Assembly: GCA_023265995.1 (NCBI GenBank)
Contig: JAHFSA010000004.1
Coordinates: 32,340-96,339, forward strand
Origin: Perlucidibaca sp.
Lineage (GTDB): Bacteria; Pseudomonadota; Gammaproteobacteria; Pseudomonadales; Moraxellaceae
DNA length: 64,000 nt
Direction: 5' to 3'
Position numbers and translations under genes: made by a program. Below, in pieces: positions 1 to 9,753 of this stretch. The notes beneath the pieces are model-generated. The model was not told where the DNA came from. It saw nothing but the letters and a program-made list of their open reading frames with translations, and made no database searches. Numbering within the stretch: position 1 is the first letter of the stretch; each line of letters opens with the position of its first letter.

Positions 1-558
1 CTGCCGCTGCGGCGTGCCCTGCAGCAGGATCTCGGCACGCTCTCCGGCATTGAACATCCGGACGTGCCCGGCATCTATCTGCGTCTGCAGGCTCTCGACC
101 GTCGCCTGGCGGCGCTCGAGCTGCCGCGCGAATCCGGGCAGCGCGAGCCGGCGGCCCCTGTCGCCGGCAAGGCGACGGCCGCGGCCAAGGCAGTCAGCCT
201 GTGGGATGCCGGCCTGGCCAAGTTCCGCTCGCTGATCGTCATTCGCGACTACGACAAGCCGCTGCAGCCGTTGCTCGACGATGCCCGTCGCCAGCTCGTG
301 CATGACCAGATCGGTCTCATGATCGACCAGGCCGAACTGGCGTTGCTGCGTGGCGAGGATGTGCTTTTCCGTGCCGCGCTGGAGTCTCTCAGCCTGCGCG
401 TGCAGCATGATTTCGCCGCGCTGCCCAATGCCACGCTGGCGCCGGTGATCAACGAGCTGGCCGCGCTGCAGTCCCTGCGCGTGCAGATCAATCTGCCGCC
501 GCTGGAGGCGCGTGCCGCTCTCGATGCCCTGCCGCAGTCGGCCGGAGGCGCGCTGTGA
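1..558 (+). CDS. hemX: HemX-like protein (family annotated as uroporphyrinogen-III C-methyltransferase HemX), 5' end outside the window
   Basis: Frame 1 is open from nt 1 to the TGA at 556-558. The listed ORF 64..558 is the in-window part. Its stop overlaps the GTG start of the next ORF (GTGA). The C-terminus is helical and rich in Leu/Ala/Gln. The call rests mainly on hemX-hemY synteny. Confidence 0.5.
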   Translation: MPLRRALQQDLGTLSGIEHPDVPGIYLRLQALDRRLAALELPRESGQREPAAPVAGKATAAAKAVSLWDAGLAKFRSLIVIRDYDKPLQPLLDDARRQLVHDQIGLMIDQAELALLRGEDVLFRAALESLSLRVQHDFAALPNATLAPVINELAALQSLRVQINLPPLEARAALDALPQSAGGAL

Positions 559-857
559 GCCGCCATCTCGGCCTTGCCTTCATCGTGCTCACGCTGGCGC
601 TGCTGCTGGTCGTCGGCATACGTCAGGACCCGGGCTATGTGCTGATCAGCTGGGGCCGCAGTTCGATCGAGATGAGTCTCATCCTGGCCGCCATGTTCTG
701 GCTGGGCAGCCTCTGGCTGGTGGTCAGGCTGGTGGTCATCGAGCGCTGGCTGCTGCGCACCTGGCGTGCCGACTGGAGCCATTTTTTCGGGCTTTCCGGG
801 CGCAAGCCGAAGGCAACTGTGCAGGAAATCACCGAAAACCGTCGTTCCGGCGCCTGA
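555..857 (+). CDS. hemY: HemY N-terminal-domain protein, about 100 aa and much shorter than canonical HemY
   Basis: It has two predicted TM helices flanking the HemY_N signature (IRQDPGYVLISWGRSSIEMSL). The ORF stops at 855-857, and tRNA-Phe starts 48 nt later. No TPR-like continuation appears in any frame. Confidence 0.6.
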   Translation: MSRHLGLAFIVLTLALLLVVGIRQDPGYVLISWGRSSIEMSLILAAMFWLGSLWLVVRLVVIERWLLRTWRADWSHFFGLSGRKPKATVQEITENRRSGA

Positions 858-904
858 CAGGCTTGACGCTGGCAGCCCGCCCCGCTTTAATACGCGCCTT
901 GCGT

Positions 905-980
905 GGCCGGGTAGCTCAGTTGGTAGAGCAGCGGATTGAAAATCCGCGTGTCGGCGGTTCGATTCCGCCCCCGGCCACCA
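905..980 (+). tRNA. tRNA-Phe (GAA)
   Basis: 76-nt cloverleaf. Acceptor stem GGCCGGG/CCCGGCC, D-arm GCTCAGTTGGTAGAGC, anticodon stem-loop GCGGA-TTGAAAA-TCCGC (anticodon GAA), T-arm GGCGG-TTCGATT-CCGCC, encoded CCA. Nearly identical to E. coli tRNA-Phe. Confidence 0.97.
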
Positions 981-990
981 CGCTTTATTA

Positions 991-1021
991 AACGCCAGCT
1001 CCACGCTGGCGTTTTTTTTTG
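991..1021 (+). terminator. Rho-independent terminator after tRNA-Phe
   Basis: Stem AACGCCAGC / GCTGGCGTT with loop TCCAC, followed by a run of about 9 T. Confidence 0.85.
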
Positions 1022-1069
1022 GCCGTGAATCAGCGCTATGCTTCGAGCCATTGCATCACGGAGTCTGTC

Positions 1070-1576
1070 ATGAGCCTTCCGCTCCCCGTCGCCAACCCGC
1101 TCGTGTTCGAGCGCGTGGCATCCTGGTTGTGCAGCATTCCCCATGCCGCCACCATCGGTATCGAATTCATGCAGGGTGAGCGCGGTCGCGTCACCATGCT
1201 GCTGCCCTGGCAGGAAAAACTGGTCGGCAACCGCAAGCGCGGCGTGCTGCACGGCGGTGTCATCACCTCGCTGGTCGACACCAGCAGCGCGCTCAGCATC
1301 TTCTCGCTGCTCGACGGCCCGGAAGCCATCGCCACTCTCGATCTGCGCATCGACTACCTGCGCCCGGCCACGCCCGGCAAGCCGGTCTATTGCACGGCCG
1401 AGTGCTATCGCCTGAGCGGCGAGATCGCCTTCACGCGCGCCACCGCCTATCAGGACGACAGCAACCAGCCGGTGGCCTACAGCGTCGGCACCTTCATGCG
1501 CGGTTCCAGTCACGCCACCATTGGCAAGAATGAAGCCGGTCAGAGCGAAGCCGGCAGCGCGGGAGGTGCGGCATGA
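1070..1576 (+). CDS. PaaI-family hotdog-fold thioesterase
   Basis: Internal ATG (MSLPLPV...) of ORF 1019..1576. It carries the LHGGVITSLVDTSSA motif typical of PaaI/4HBT-type thioesterases. Its stop overlaps the next ATG. Confidence 0.8.
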   Translation: MSLPLPVANPLVFERVASWLCSIPHAATIGIEFMQGERGRVTMLLPWQEKLVGNRKRGVLHGGVITSLVDTSSALSIFSLLDGPEAIATLDLRIDYLRPATPGKPVYCTAECYRLSGEIAFTRATAYQDDSNQPVAYSVGTFMRGSSHATIGKNEAGQSEAGSAGGAA

Positions 1577-1983
1577 GTTCGCGCGAGCATTTCGAGGAGG
1601 TTCTCGCCGAGTCGCCCTATGCCCAGTTGCTGGGCGTGGAGATGCAGGAGGATGAGCAGGGCCTGTTCTTCGTGTTGCCGTTCCAGCCGCACAACATCGG
1701 CAATGACCAGTTGCCGGCGCTGCATGGTGGTGTCATCGGCGGTTTCCTGGAAACTGCCGCGCTGCTGCATCTGGTGTCGCTGCGCGAGTCCGAGGAGTTG
1801 CCGCGCACGGTGGACTTCTCGGTGGACTATCTGCGCTCCGGCCGGGGCGAGCCGCTGTATGCGCGCTGCAGCGTGACCAAGCATGGCAAGCGTGTCGCCA
1901 ATGTGCTGATGACGGCCTGGCAGGATGACCCGGCCAAGCCGGTGGCCGTGGCGCGCGCCCACTTCCTGCTGAGCGCGCGCTGA
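1573..1983 (+). CDS. PaaI-family hotdog-fold thioesterase (tandem paralogue)
   Basis: Motif LHGGVIGGFLETAALL. 4-nt ATGA overlap with the preceding thioesterase gene. Confidence 0.8.
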   Translation: MSSREHFEEVLAESPYAQLLGVEMQEDEQGLFFVLPFQPHNIGNDQLPALHGGVIGGFLETAALLHLVSLRESEELPRTVDFSVDYLRSGRGEPLYARCSVTKHGKRVANVLMTAWQDDPAKPVAVARAHFLLSAR

Positions 1984-1990
1984 GCCTCTG

Positions 1991-3268
1991 TCAGAGACCC
2001 CGGTCGCGGGTTTCGCCGGTAAGCAGCAGCGCCAGCAGGCTGATGCTGGCCGCGGTCGCCAGGTAATAGCCGACCGCGCCGAGGCCGTAATGGCTGGCCA
2101 GCCAGGTGGCGGCATAAGGCGCCAGCGAGGCGCCGAAGATGCCGGCCATGTTGAAGGCGATCGACGAGCCGGTATAGCGCACGGCGGTCGGGAAGAGCTC
2201 GGACAGGATGGTGCCGAGCGGGCCGTAGGTCAGGCCCATGAGCGCCAGGCCGAGACTGAGGAAGATCAGGCAGCTGACCGGGTCGCCGGCGCCGAACAGC
2301 GGCGCGAAGGTGAGGCCGAAGAGCGCGATCAGCAGCGAGGTGGCGATCAGCGTCGGCCGGCGTCCGAGGCGATCAGCCAGCACCGCCGAGAGCGGGATGG
2401 TGATGGCGAAGAAGATCACGCCGGCCATCTGCAGGCGCAGGAATTCCTCGCGGCTGTAGCCCAGCGCGGTGGTGCCCCAGCTCAGCGCGAACACCGTCAT
2501 CAGATAGAAGATCACGAAGGCCGGCAAAGCGATCAGCATGCCGCGCACGAGCGCGCCGCCATGGTCGCGGAACACGGTGAGCATGGGCACTTCGACGCGC
2601 TCGTTGTGTTCGAGTGCGCGCTGGAAGGCCGGTGTCTCGGTGATGCGCAGACGGACATAGAGGCCGACCAGCACCAGCAGGCTGCTGGCGATGAAGGGCA
2701 CGCGCCAGCCCCAGTCGCGGAAATCGGCTTCACTGAGGAAATGCGTGAGCGCCAGGAAGCTGCCGCTGGACAGCAGAAAGCCTATGGGCGCGCCCAGCTG
2801 CGGGAACATGCCATACCAGGCGCGACGGCCGCTCGGCGCGTTCTCGGTGGCGAGCAGGACGGCGCCGCCCCATTCGCCACCCAGTCCCAGACCCTGGCCG
2901 AAACGGCAGAGCGCCAGCAGCAGCGGTGCCAGCACGCCGATGCTGTCATAGCCGGGCAGCAGGCCGATGGCGACCGTGGACAGACCCATGGTCAGCAGCG
3001 CGGCGACCAGTGTCGCCTTGCGTCCTATGCGGTCGCCGAAGTGGCCGAACAGCGCCGAGCCTATGGGGCGGGCAAAGAAGGCGATGGCGAAGGTGGCCAG
3101 CGACTGCAGGGTTGCCGAAGCCGGGTCCGAGGTCGGGAAGAACAGGTGCGGGAAGACCAGCACGGCAGCCGTGGCGTAAATGTAGAAATCGAAGAACTCG
3201 ATGGTGGTGCCGATCAGGCTGGCGAACAGCACGCGGCTGGCCGGGTTGGTGTTCTGGGCTGGAGGCAT
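1991..3268 (-). CDS. MFS transporter, metabolite:H+ symporter (MHS) type
   Basis: Start chosen at MPPAQNT... inside ORF 1991..3358. The N-terminus LIGTTIEFFDFYIYATAAVLVFP ... GHFGDRIGRK is the MHS-family (ProP/KgtP/ShiA-like) signature. About 12 hydrophobic segments. Confidence 0.85.
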   Translation of the reverse strand: MPPAQNTNPASRVLFASLIGTTIEFFDFYIYATAAVLVFPHLFFPTSDPASATLQSLATFAIAFFARPIGSALFGHFGDRIGRKATLVAALLTMGLSTVAIGLLPGYDSIGVLAPLLLALCRFGQGLGLGGEWGGAVLLATENAPSGRRAWYGMFPQLGAPIGFLLSSGSFLALTHFLSEADFRDWGWRVPFIASSLLVLVGLYVRLRITETPAFQRALEHNERVEVPMLTVFRDHGGALVRGMLIALPAFVIFYLMTVFALSWGTTALGYSREEFLRLQMAGVIFFAITIPLSAVLADRLGRRPTLIATSLLIALFGLTFAPLFGAGDPVSCLIFLSLGLALMGLTYGPLGTILSELFPTAVRYTGSSIAFNMAGIFGASLAPYAATWLASHYGLGAVGYYLATAASISLLALLLTGETRDRGL

Positions 3269-3345
3269 GGGAACAGACCGAGTGGATGCAGGCAGGGATG
3301 CGGGTAAGATCGCAGGTTGGCGCATTCTTATCCGTAGCAGGCAAC

Positions 3346-4302
3346 ATGGCAATGTCATCCGCGTTCAAGGCCGATCTGATGCTGGTGGCAGTTACCCTGC
3401 TGGCGGCTGCGAGCTGGATATTTTCCAAGGAAGCCGTGCTGCTCATGCCGCCGCTGCTGTTCATGGCGCTGCGCTTCCTGCTCGCTGCGGCCCTGCTGGC
3501 GGTCTTCGCCCGTGACCAGCTGCGCAGTCTCAAGCGCGCGCAGTGGCGGGCCGGTCTGCGCACCGGGCTGGTCTTCGGTTTCGGCATGAGCTGCTGGATC
3601 ACCGGGTTGCAGGTCGGCAACCACATTGGCGAGGGCGCCTTCCTGACCAATCTCGGTGTCGTGCTGGTGCCGTTCATGGCGCATCTGCTGTTCCGCGAGA
3701 CCGCGCCGGCGACGACCTGGCTGGCCCTGCCGGTGGCCTGCAGCGGCCTCGGCCTGCTCTTTCTCAGCCACGGTTTCCGCTTCGAGGCCGGGCAGCTGTT
3801 CTATGTGACCTCGGCAGTCATCTTTTCGCTCTACTACATTCTCGTCACGCGCGCGGCCAATGACCGCGAGGTGATGAACCGCGACGGCCTGCGTCGCCAG
3901 CGCGAGCGGGTGCCGGCACTGGCGCTGACCACGCTGGTGATGCTCACGGTCGGCCTGCTCAGCGTGCTGCTGTCGGCGTTGCTGGAGCCCTGGCGACCGA
4001 CCTTCAGCCACTTCAGCGTCGCCATGGCCGGCTGGATCGTGGCCAGCGCGGTGATAGGCTCGGCCGCCCGCTTTCTGCTGCAGACCTATGCCCAGAGCCT
4101 GTCGGCGCACAGCCATGGCGTTGTCATCATGGTGGTCGAGCCGGTGTGGACGGCCCTGCTGGCGGCCTTCTGGTTCGGCGAGACCATGACGCCGACTCAG
4201 CTGGCCGGCTGTTCACTGATCCTCGCCGCGCTGCTGATCAGTCGCGCCGCGGCGCTGGCGCGGCTGGTCCGCGCTGCCTGGCGGCCTGCCGGAGCAGTCT
4301 GA
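3346..4302 (+). CDS. DMT-superfamily (EamA-like) transporter
   Basis: Internal ATG (MAMSSAFKADLMLVAVTLLAAASW...) of ORF 2926..4302. The upstream 140 codons are an Arg/Trp-rich overprint of the divergent MFS gene. About 10 TM segments in a two-EamA-repeat layout. Confidence 0.8.
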   Translation: MAMSSAFKADLMLVAVTLLAAASWIFSKEAVLLMPPLLFMALRFLLAAALLAVFARDQLRSLKRAQWRAGLRTGLVFGFGMSCWITGLQVGNHIGEGAFLTNLGVVLVPFMAHLLFRETAPATTWLALPVACSGLGLLFLSHGFRFEAGQLFYVTSAVIFSLYYILVTRAANDREVMNRDGLRRQRERVPALALTTLVMLTVGLLSVLLSALLEPWRPTFSHFSVAMAGWIVASAVIGSAARFLLQTYAQSLSAHSHGVVIMVVEPVWTALLAAFWFGETMTPTQLAGCSLILAALLISRAAALARLVRAAWRPAGAV

Positions 4303-4356
4303 GCGGGGACGGATGGTTTGGGGCGGGAGGCTTCCGTGGCCAGGATCGCGGACAAC

Positions 4357-4389
4357 AAAAAAGGGAGCCCGGGCTCCCTTTCTCGTTTT
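4357..4389. terminator. Bidirectional Rho-independent terminator between the EamA gene and efp
   Basis: Perfect 20-nt palindrome AAGGGAGCCCGGGCTCCCTT (4361-4380), flanked by an A-run on the left and a T-rich tract on the right. It lies between convergent genes. Confidence 0.8.
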
Positions 4390-4439
4390 GCGACTGCTGT
4401 CTCTGCGCCAGCGCTCAGGAGAGCCGGCGCAGCATCAGA

Positions 4440-5006
4440 TCAGCCCTTGGCGCGGCACTTGAAGGAGCCGTCGCGGGTGTCGATTTCGATCTTCTCACCG
4501 ATTTCGATGAAGGCGGCGACCGGCAGTTCGTAGCCGTTGTTCAGCTTGGCGGTCTTCATGACCTTGCCGGAGGTGTCGCCCTTGGCGGCCGGTTCGGTGT
4601 AGGCGACTTCGCGCACGACGATGGTCGGCAGTTCGACCGAGATGGCCTTGCCTTCATACAGCACGACTTCGCAGACTTCTTCCATGCCGTCTTCGATGAA
4701 GCTCAGGGCATCGCCGAGGTTTTCCTTCTCGACTTCGTACTGGTTGAACTCTTCGTCCATGAAAATGTACATGGGATCGGAGAAGTACGAGTAGGTGGCG
4801 CGCTTCTGTTCGAGGATGATCTGGTCGAACTTGTCGTCGGCCTTGTAGACGGATTCCTGAGCCTGGGCAGTCAGCAGGTTCTTCATCTTCATCTTGACGA
4901 CAGCGGAGTTGCGACCGGACTTGTTGTACTCCGTCTTGAGCACAATCATCGGGTTGCCGTTGATGTTGATCACGTTGCCGGCGCGGATTTCCTGGGCGGT
5001 TTTCAT
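4440..5006 (-). CDS. efp: Elongation factor P, Arg32 (rhamnosylation) type
   Basis: Full-length EF-P (188 aa). The loop tip reads KSGRNSA with R at position 32, the EarP substrate type rather than the Lys34 type. Confidence 0.97.
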   Translation of the reverse strand: MKTAQEIRAGNVININGNPMIVLKTEYNKSGRNSAVVKMKMKNLLTAQAQESVYKADDKFDQIILEQKRATYSYFSDPMYIFMDEEFNQYEVEKENLGDALSFIEDGMEEVCEVVLYEGKAISVELPTIVVREVAYTEPAAKGDTSGKVMKTAKLNNGYELPVAAFIEIGEKIEIDTRDGSFKCRAKG

Positions 5007-6181
5007 CTTGTATGGGTTCCGAGGTGAGACTGGACGGGTGCGGATTCTACCCGATCTGCATAAAAACGCATCAACCCGCTGGCAAGATCACTTTGCCCGA
5101 GCAAATGCCGCTGCCAGATCGCCATGCTTCCGGTCAGCGCTGGCAGGGCTGTCAGCAGCTCCGCCCAGGGCCGGCCCTGGGCCCCGTTCCAGGCGCGCAT
5201 GGCATGGGCCCAGATCGCTGCTGGCCGGGCCTGCGTCTCGACCTGGCTGATGAAGGCATCGAGCTTGGTCAGATGGGCATCTTCATCCTGCCGATAGATG
5301 TGCCAGAGCATGGGCCGCGCCGCCCATTGCGCGCGCACGAAGGAGTCCTCGCCACGCACCAGATTGAGATCGCAGGCCTGCAGCAGGTGGTCGTAGTCGT
5401 CGTGGCCGAGGAAGGGCAGCACCTGCACGGCGAGCCGGCCTGACGTCACGCGCTCGCCCGGTGCCAGTGCGGCCCGGCCGGCCCAGCGCGCGATGTCCGC
5501 CAGCGCCCGGCCGGCCGGCACCAGCACCAGGCTGCTGGCGGCATCGGCGACGAGCGTGTCGAGCAGGTCGGCAATGGCGGGGTTCTCGTAGGCGAACAGC
5601 GATATCCGGCGTGACCATTCCGCTGCGTCGGTGACACCCAGGCGGCTCCAGAAGGCAACGCGCGCCGCCGCGTCAGCCTGCAAGGCCTGACGTGCCGCAT
5701 CCAGGCGGAGCTCGCGCAGGAGACCGCCGGTGCGCGGCGTGAAGCCGGGAAACCAGAAGTGCTGCACGAGCCCGTACTGGGGATGGGTCGAGGTCATGCC
5801 GTGGCAGTCCTCGACCCAGGGCTCGGCGCTCAGGTATTCGAGGTTGATCCACAGCGGCGGTTGGCGCCGGCTGGCCATGGCGAGCAGAAAGCCCGATGGC
5901 GGGCGGCAGCCGAAACCTTCGATGACCAGGTCGCCGGGCTCGGGGTCATCGATCTCGCCCTGCCAGCGACGTATCGTCAGGCCCCCCAGCATCTGGCAGT
6001 CATGCGCCGGATCCAGCCCGGGCGCCATGGCGGCGAAGGCGGCCAGGTCATCGACCCAGAGCGTGACCTGCACACCGTGCTCGTCGGCGAGCTGGCGCGC
6101 CAGGCGCCAGCAGACGCCGAGGTCGCCATGGTTGTCGATGACGGCACAGAAGATATCGCAGCGCATGGTGGCTGCCGTCAC
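5003..6181 (-). CDS. earP: EF-P arginine-32 rhamnosyltransferase EarP
   Basis: N-terminal [25 protein letters not shown] matches the EarP (DUF2331) catalytic-Asp region. Its stop overlaps the efp start. An alternative start MRCDIF lies at 6166. Confidence 0.9.
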   Translation of the reverse strand: MTAATMRCDIFCAVIDNHGDLGVCWRLARQLADEHGVQVTLWVDDLAAFAAMAPGLDPAHDCQMLGGLTIRRWQGEIDDPEPGDLVIEGFGCRPPSGFLLAMASRRQPPLWINLEYLSAEPWVEDCHGMTSTHPQYGLVQHFWFPGFTPRTGGLLRELRLDAARQALQADAAARVAFWSRLGVTDAAEWSRRISLFAYENPAIADLLDTLVADAASSLVLVPAGRALADIARWAGRAALAPGERVTSGRLAVQVLPFLGHDDYDHLLQACDLNLVRGEDSFVRAQWAARPMLWHIYRQDEDAHLTKLDAFISQVETQARPAAIWAHAMRAWNGAQGRPWAELLTALPALTGSMAIWQRHLLGQSDLASGLMRFYADRVESAPVQSHLGTHTR

Positions 6182-9100
6182 GCCGCATCCCCCGTGGTCA
6201 CCACGGGCAGCAGGCCGTGCCGGAAGGCGTCGAGCAGGACCGCTTCATGTTCGCGTGCCCGCACCATGTAGCGTGCCTTGACCGGGCCGTAGCCACGGAC
6301 CTCGTCGGGCAGGCGCGCGATCTGCACCGCGGTGTCGTGATTGGAGCGCTGCAGCTGCGCCATGATCTCTTCCAGATGCTGTTCGTAATCGGTTCGCCAT
6401 TGTTGCTCAAGCCGGCGCTCGGCGGTATGGCCGAACGGATCGAACGGTGTCTGGCGCAGGAAGCGCAGGCTGGCCAGCAGGCGGAACAGCGGCAGCATCC
6501 AGGGCCCGTATTCTCGCTTCTTCGGCTCGCCGTCGCCGCGCTGGAAGATCATCGGCGCGAGATGGAAGTGGATACGGTAGTCGCCTTCGAAATTGGCCTT
6601 GATATGGCGCAGGAAGTCGCCGTTGCTGTGCAGGCGCGCCACCTCGTATTCATCCTTGACGGCCAGCACCTTGAAATAGTTGCGCGCCACGGCTTCGCTG
6701 AGCGCGTCGACATGGCCCAGGCAGTGCGCCTCGGCGGCCTTGACGCGTTCGACCAGGGCCAGATAGCGGTCGGCATAGGCGCGATTCTGGTAGTCGGTCA
6801 GGTAGTCGTAGCGGCGCGCCACCATGTCGGTGAGGTCCTGCGAGAGTTCGCGGTCAGGCTCCGGTGTCGCGGACTTGTCGACCAGGGCCTGCACCCGCGC
6901 CAGGTCATGAGCGGCGCGACGGCCCCAGCGGAAGGCGGCCAGGTTCATGGCCACGGCGGTCTCGTTGCGTTCGATGGCGGTCAGCAGCGCGGCCTCGCCC
7001 AGCGGCACCAGTCCGCGCTGCCAGGCATAGCCGAGCAGGAAGATGTTGGTGGCCATGGCATCGCCGAGCAGGGCGCCGGCCAGCGTGCTGGCGGCCACGA
7101 AGTCGCAGCTGCTGCCGGTTTCCTCGCGGATCTCCTGCACCATGGCGGCGGCCGGGAACTGCGGGTCGGGGTGGCTGGCGATATCGCCGCTGGCGGCCTG
7201 CTGGTCGAAGTCGCGTACGAAGCTGCTGGTGATGTTCTCGGCGGTGTTGATGACGGCCCGCGTCCGGCCCCGCTGCATCCTTGCCAGGCTGTCCGGATGC
7301 GCGCTCACCACCAGATCGCAGCCGAGCACGACATGGGCCTCGCTTTCGGCGATGCGTGGCGAGAACAGCTGGGCCTGACTGCCGGCCAGGCGCACATGCG
7401 ACCACACCGCGCCGCCCTTCTGCGCCAGCCCGGTCATGTCCAGCGTCAGCACACCGCGACCCTCGATCTGCGCGGCCATGCCGAGCAGCGCGCCTATGGT
7501 TATGACGCCGGTACCGCCAACGCCGGTGACGAGGATGTTCCAGGGCGTGGCCAGGGGTGGCAGCACGGGCTCCGGCAGCGTCCAGTCGGCGTCCTTGTCA
7601 TGCACTGCTGCCGGTCGGCGCAAACGTCCGCCTTCTATGGTCACGAAGCTGGGGCAAAAGCCGTCGAGGCAGGAGAAATCCTTGTTGCAGGATGACTGGT
7701 CGATGGCGCGCTTGCGGCCGAACTCGGTCTCCACCGAGGTCACCGACAGGCAGTCCGACTTGCGGCTGCAGTCGCCGCAGCCTTCGCAGACGCGTTCGTT
7801 GATGAAGACCCGGCGCGCCGGATCAGGGGACTGTCCGCGCTTGCGCCGTCGCCGTCTCTCGGCGGCGCAGGTCTGGTCATAGATGAGCGCGGACACGCCC
7901 GGCAGCAGGCGCAGCTCCTCCTGGACGGCATCCAGGTCATCGCGATGGCGCACCGCCGCCGTGGCGGGCAGCGCGTCGTCACCGGCGTATTTCTCCGGAG
8001 CGTCGCTGACCACGATGACCGGCTTCACGCCTTCGGCGAGCAGCTGGCGGGCAATGCCGGCCACGCTCGGGTTGCCTTCCACCGGCTGGCCGCCGGTCAT
8101 GGCCACGGCATCGTTGAAGAGGATCTTGTAGGTCATGGTGACGCCGGCGGCGACCGCGGCGCGTATGGCCAGCAGTCCGGAATGGACATAGGTGCCGTCG
8201 CCGAGATTGGCGAAGACATGAGAGGTGTCGGTAAATGGTGCCTGGCCTATCCAGGCCGCGCCCTCACCACCCATCTGGCTGAAAGTCCGGGTCTGTTCCG
8301 GATAGATCCAGGTCGCCATGTAGTGGCAGCCGATGCCGGCCATGGCGCGGCTGCCCTCCGGTACTCGTGTCGAGCGGTTGTGCGGGCAGCCGGAGCAGTA
8401 ATGCGGCTGGCGCTCGAAGCCCAGCGGCGCTCGCGCATGGATGCGCCGGCTGGCCTCCAGCGTGGCCAGGCGGGCGGCGATCTCCGGGTTGTCGCCGAGA
8501 CGCAAAATGCGCGTGGCCAGCACGCGCGCGATCTGCGCCGGTGCCAGCTCGCCGGCGGCCGGCAGCAGCCAGTCGCCATGCGGCAGCGACCATTCGCCCT
8601 TCTCGTCGAACTTGCCGATGATGCGAGGCCGCACATCCTCGCGCCAGTTGTAGAGCTCCTCCTTGAGCTGGTACTCGATGAGCTGACGCTTCTCCTCGAC
8701 CACCAGTATCTCTTCCAGGCCGTCGGCGAACTCTCGCACACCCTGCGATTCCAGCGGCCAGGTCATGCCGACCTTGTACACGCGCAGACCGATGCGCGCG
8801 GCCATGTCGAGGTCTATGTCGAGCAGGTCGAGGGCCTGGCAGACATCCAGCCAGGACTTGCCGGCGGTGATCACGCCGAGGCGGGCACCGGGGGCATCGA
8901 CGGTGAGGCGGTTGAGGTGATTGGCGCGGGCATAGGCGAGCGCGGCATAGAGCTTGTGGTGCAGCAGGCGCTCCTCCTGTGCCAGCGGCGGGTCCGGCCA
9001 GCGGATGCCGAGGCCGCCCGGCGGCAGCGTGAAGTCATCCGGCGTGACCGGCTGCACGCGCCCTGGATCGACATCGACAATGGCGCCGCTTTCCACCGTG

Positions 9101-9711
9101 TCGCCCACCGCCGTCATGGCCACCCAGCAGCCGGAATAGCGCGACAGCGCCCAGCCGTGCAGGCCGAAGTCGAGGTACTCCTGCACGCCGGCGGGAGCGA
9201 GCACCGGCATCATCACCGCCTTGAACAGGTGCTCGGTCTGATGCGGCAGCGTCGACGAGCGCGCGGCATGGTCATCGCCGGCGATCACCAGCACGCCGCC
9301 GTGAGGCGAGCTGCCGGCGGCATTGGCATGACGGAAGACATCGCCGCAGCGATCGACACCGGGGCCCTTGCCGTACCACATGCCGAAGACGCCGTCGTGG
9401 CGGGCGCCGGGGAAGAGATTGACCTGCTGACTGCCCCAGACCGCAGTAGCGGCGAGGTCTTCGTTGAGGCCGGGGGTGAAGGTGATCTGATGCGCCGCGA
9501 GGTGGTCGGCAGCCTTCCACAGGGCCTGGTCGAGACCGGCCAGAGGAGAGCCGCGATAGCCGGAAATGAAGCCTGCGGTGTCCAGTCCGGCGGCGATGTC
9601 GCGCTGGCGCTGCATGAGCGGAAGTCGGACCAGGGCCTGTATGCCGGTGAGCAAGACCGGTCCCGATTCCCGTGCGTACTTGTCGTCCAGCAGGGCGGCG
9701 TAAGTACCCAT
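6178..9711 (-). CDS. Indolepyruvate ferredoxin oxidoreductase family protein (fused alpha/beta, 1177 aa)
   Basis: N-terminal LDDKYARESGPVLLTGIQALVRLPLMQ. A TPP-binding region, a ferredoxin-like Cys cluster (CEGCGDCSRKSDC ... CNKDFSCLDGFCPSF) and a C-terminal gamma-like domain. Size is typical of the fused IorAB family. Confidence 0.9.
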   Translation of the reverse strand: MGTYAALLDDKYARESGPVLLTGIQALVRLPLMQRQRDIAAGLDTAGFISGYRGSPLAGLDQALWKAADHLAAHQITFTPGLNEDLAATAVWGSQQVNLFPGARHDGVFGMWYGKGPGVDRCGDVFRHANAAGSSPHGGVLVIAGDDHAARSSTLPHQTEHLFKAVMMPVLAPAGVQEYLDFGLHGWALSRYSGCWVAMTAVGDTVESGAIVDVDPGRVQPVTPDDFTLPPGGLGIRWPDPPLAQEERLLHHKLYAALAYARANHLNRLTVDAPGARLGVITAGKSWLDVCQALDLLDIDLDMAARIGLRVYKVGMTWPLESQGVREFADGLEEILVVEEKRQLIEYQLKEELYNWREDVRPRIIGKFDEKGEWSLPHGDWLLPAAGELAPAQIARVLATRILRLGDNPEIAARLATLEASRRIHARAPLGFERQPHYCSGCPHNRSTRVPEGSRAMAGIGCHYMATWIYPEQTRTFSQMGGEGAAWIGQAPFTDTSHVFANLGDGTYVHSGLLAIRAAVAAGVTMTYKILFNDAVAMTGGQPVEGNPSVAGIARQLLAEGVKPVIVVSDAPEKYAGDDALPATAAVRHRDDLDAVQEELRLLPGVSALIYDQTCAAERRRRRKRGQSPDPARRVFINERVCEGCGDCSRKSDCLSVTSVETEFGRKRAIDQSSCNKDFSCLDGFCPSFVTIEGGRLRRPAAVHDKDADWTLPEPVLPPLATPWNILVTGVGGTGVITIGALLGMAAQIEGRGVLTLDMTGLAQKGGAVWSHVRLAGSQAQLFSPRIAESEAHVVLGCDLVVSAHPDSLARMQRGRTRAVINTAENITSSFVRDFDQQAASGDIASHPDPQFPAAAMVQEIREETGSSCDFVAASTLAGALLGDAMATNIFLLGYAWQRGLVPLGEAALLTAIERNETAVAMNLAAFRWGRRAAHDLARVQALVDKSATPEPDRELSQDLTDMVARRYDYLTDYQNRAYADRYLALVERVKAAEAHCLGHVDALSEAVARNYFKVLAVKDEYEVARLHSNGDFLRHIKANFEGDYRIHFHLAPMIFQRGDGEPKKREYGPWMLPLFRLLASLRFLRQTPFDPFGHTAERRLEQQWRTDYEQHLEEIMAQLQRSNHDTAVQIARLPDEVRGYGPVKARYMVRAREHEAVLLDAFRHGLLPVVTTGDAA

Positions 9712-9753
9712 GGCAAGTCCTCTTGTGGAGGCTTGCCCTCTATTCTCTACCTG

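Noticed and set aside
2926-3345. N-terminal 140-codon extension of the EamA transporter ORF. Similar upstream extensions occur on the ORFs at 51826, 52778, 58218..59384 and 39608.
   Set aside because: The extensions overlap divergent or preceding genes, are Arg/Trp/Pro-rich, and precede internal ATGs that match the family N-termini (MCQLLG, MTDLPRLRLK, the signal peptide, and so on).
905-4302. Possible genomic island integrated at tRNA-Phe (truncated hemY on one side; thioesterases and transporters on the other)
   Set aside because: There is no integrase, excisionase or mobility gene. By eye I found no direct repeat of the tRNA 3' end, and codon and GC character match the rest of the window. 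The hemY truncation is kept as a finding, but an island is not supported.
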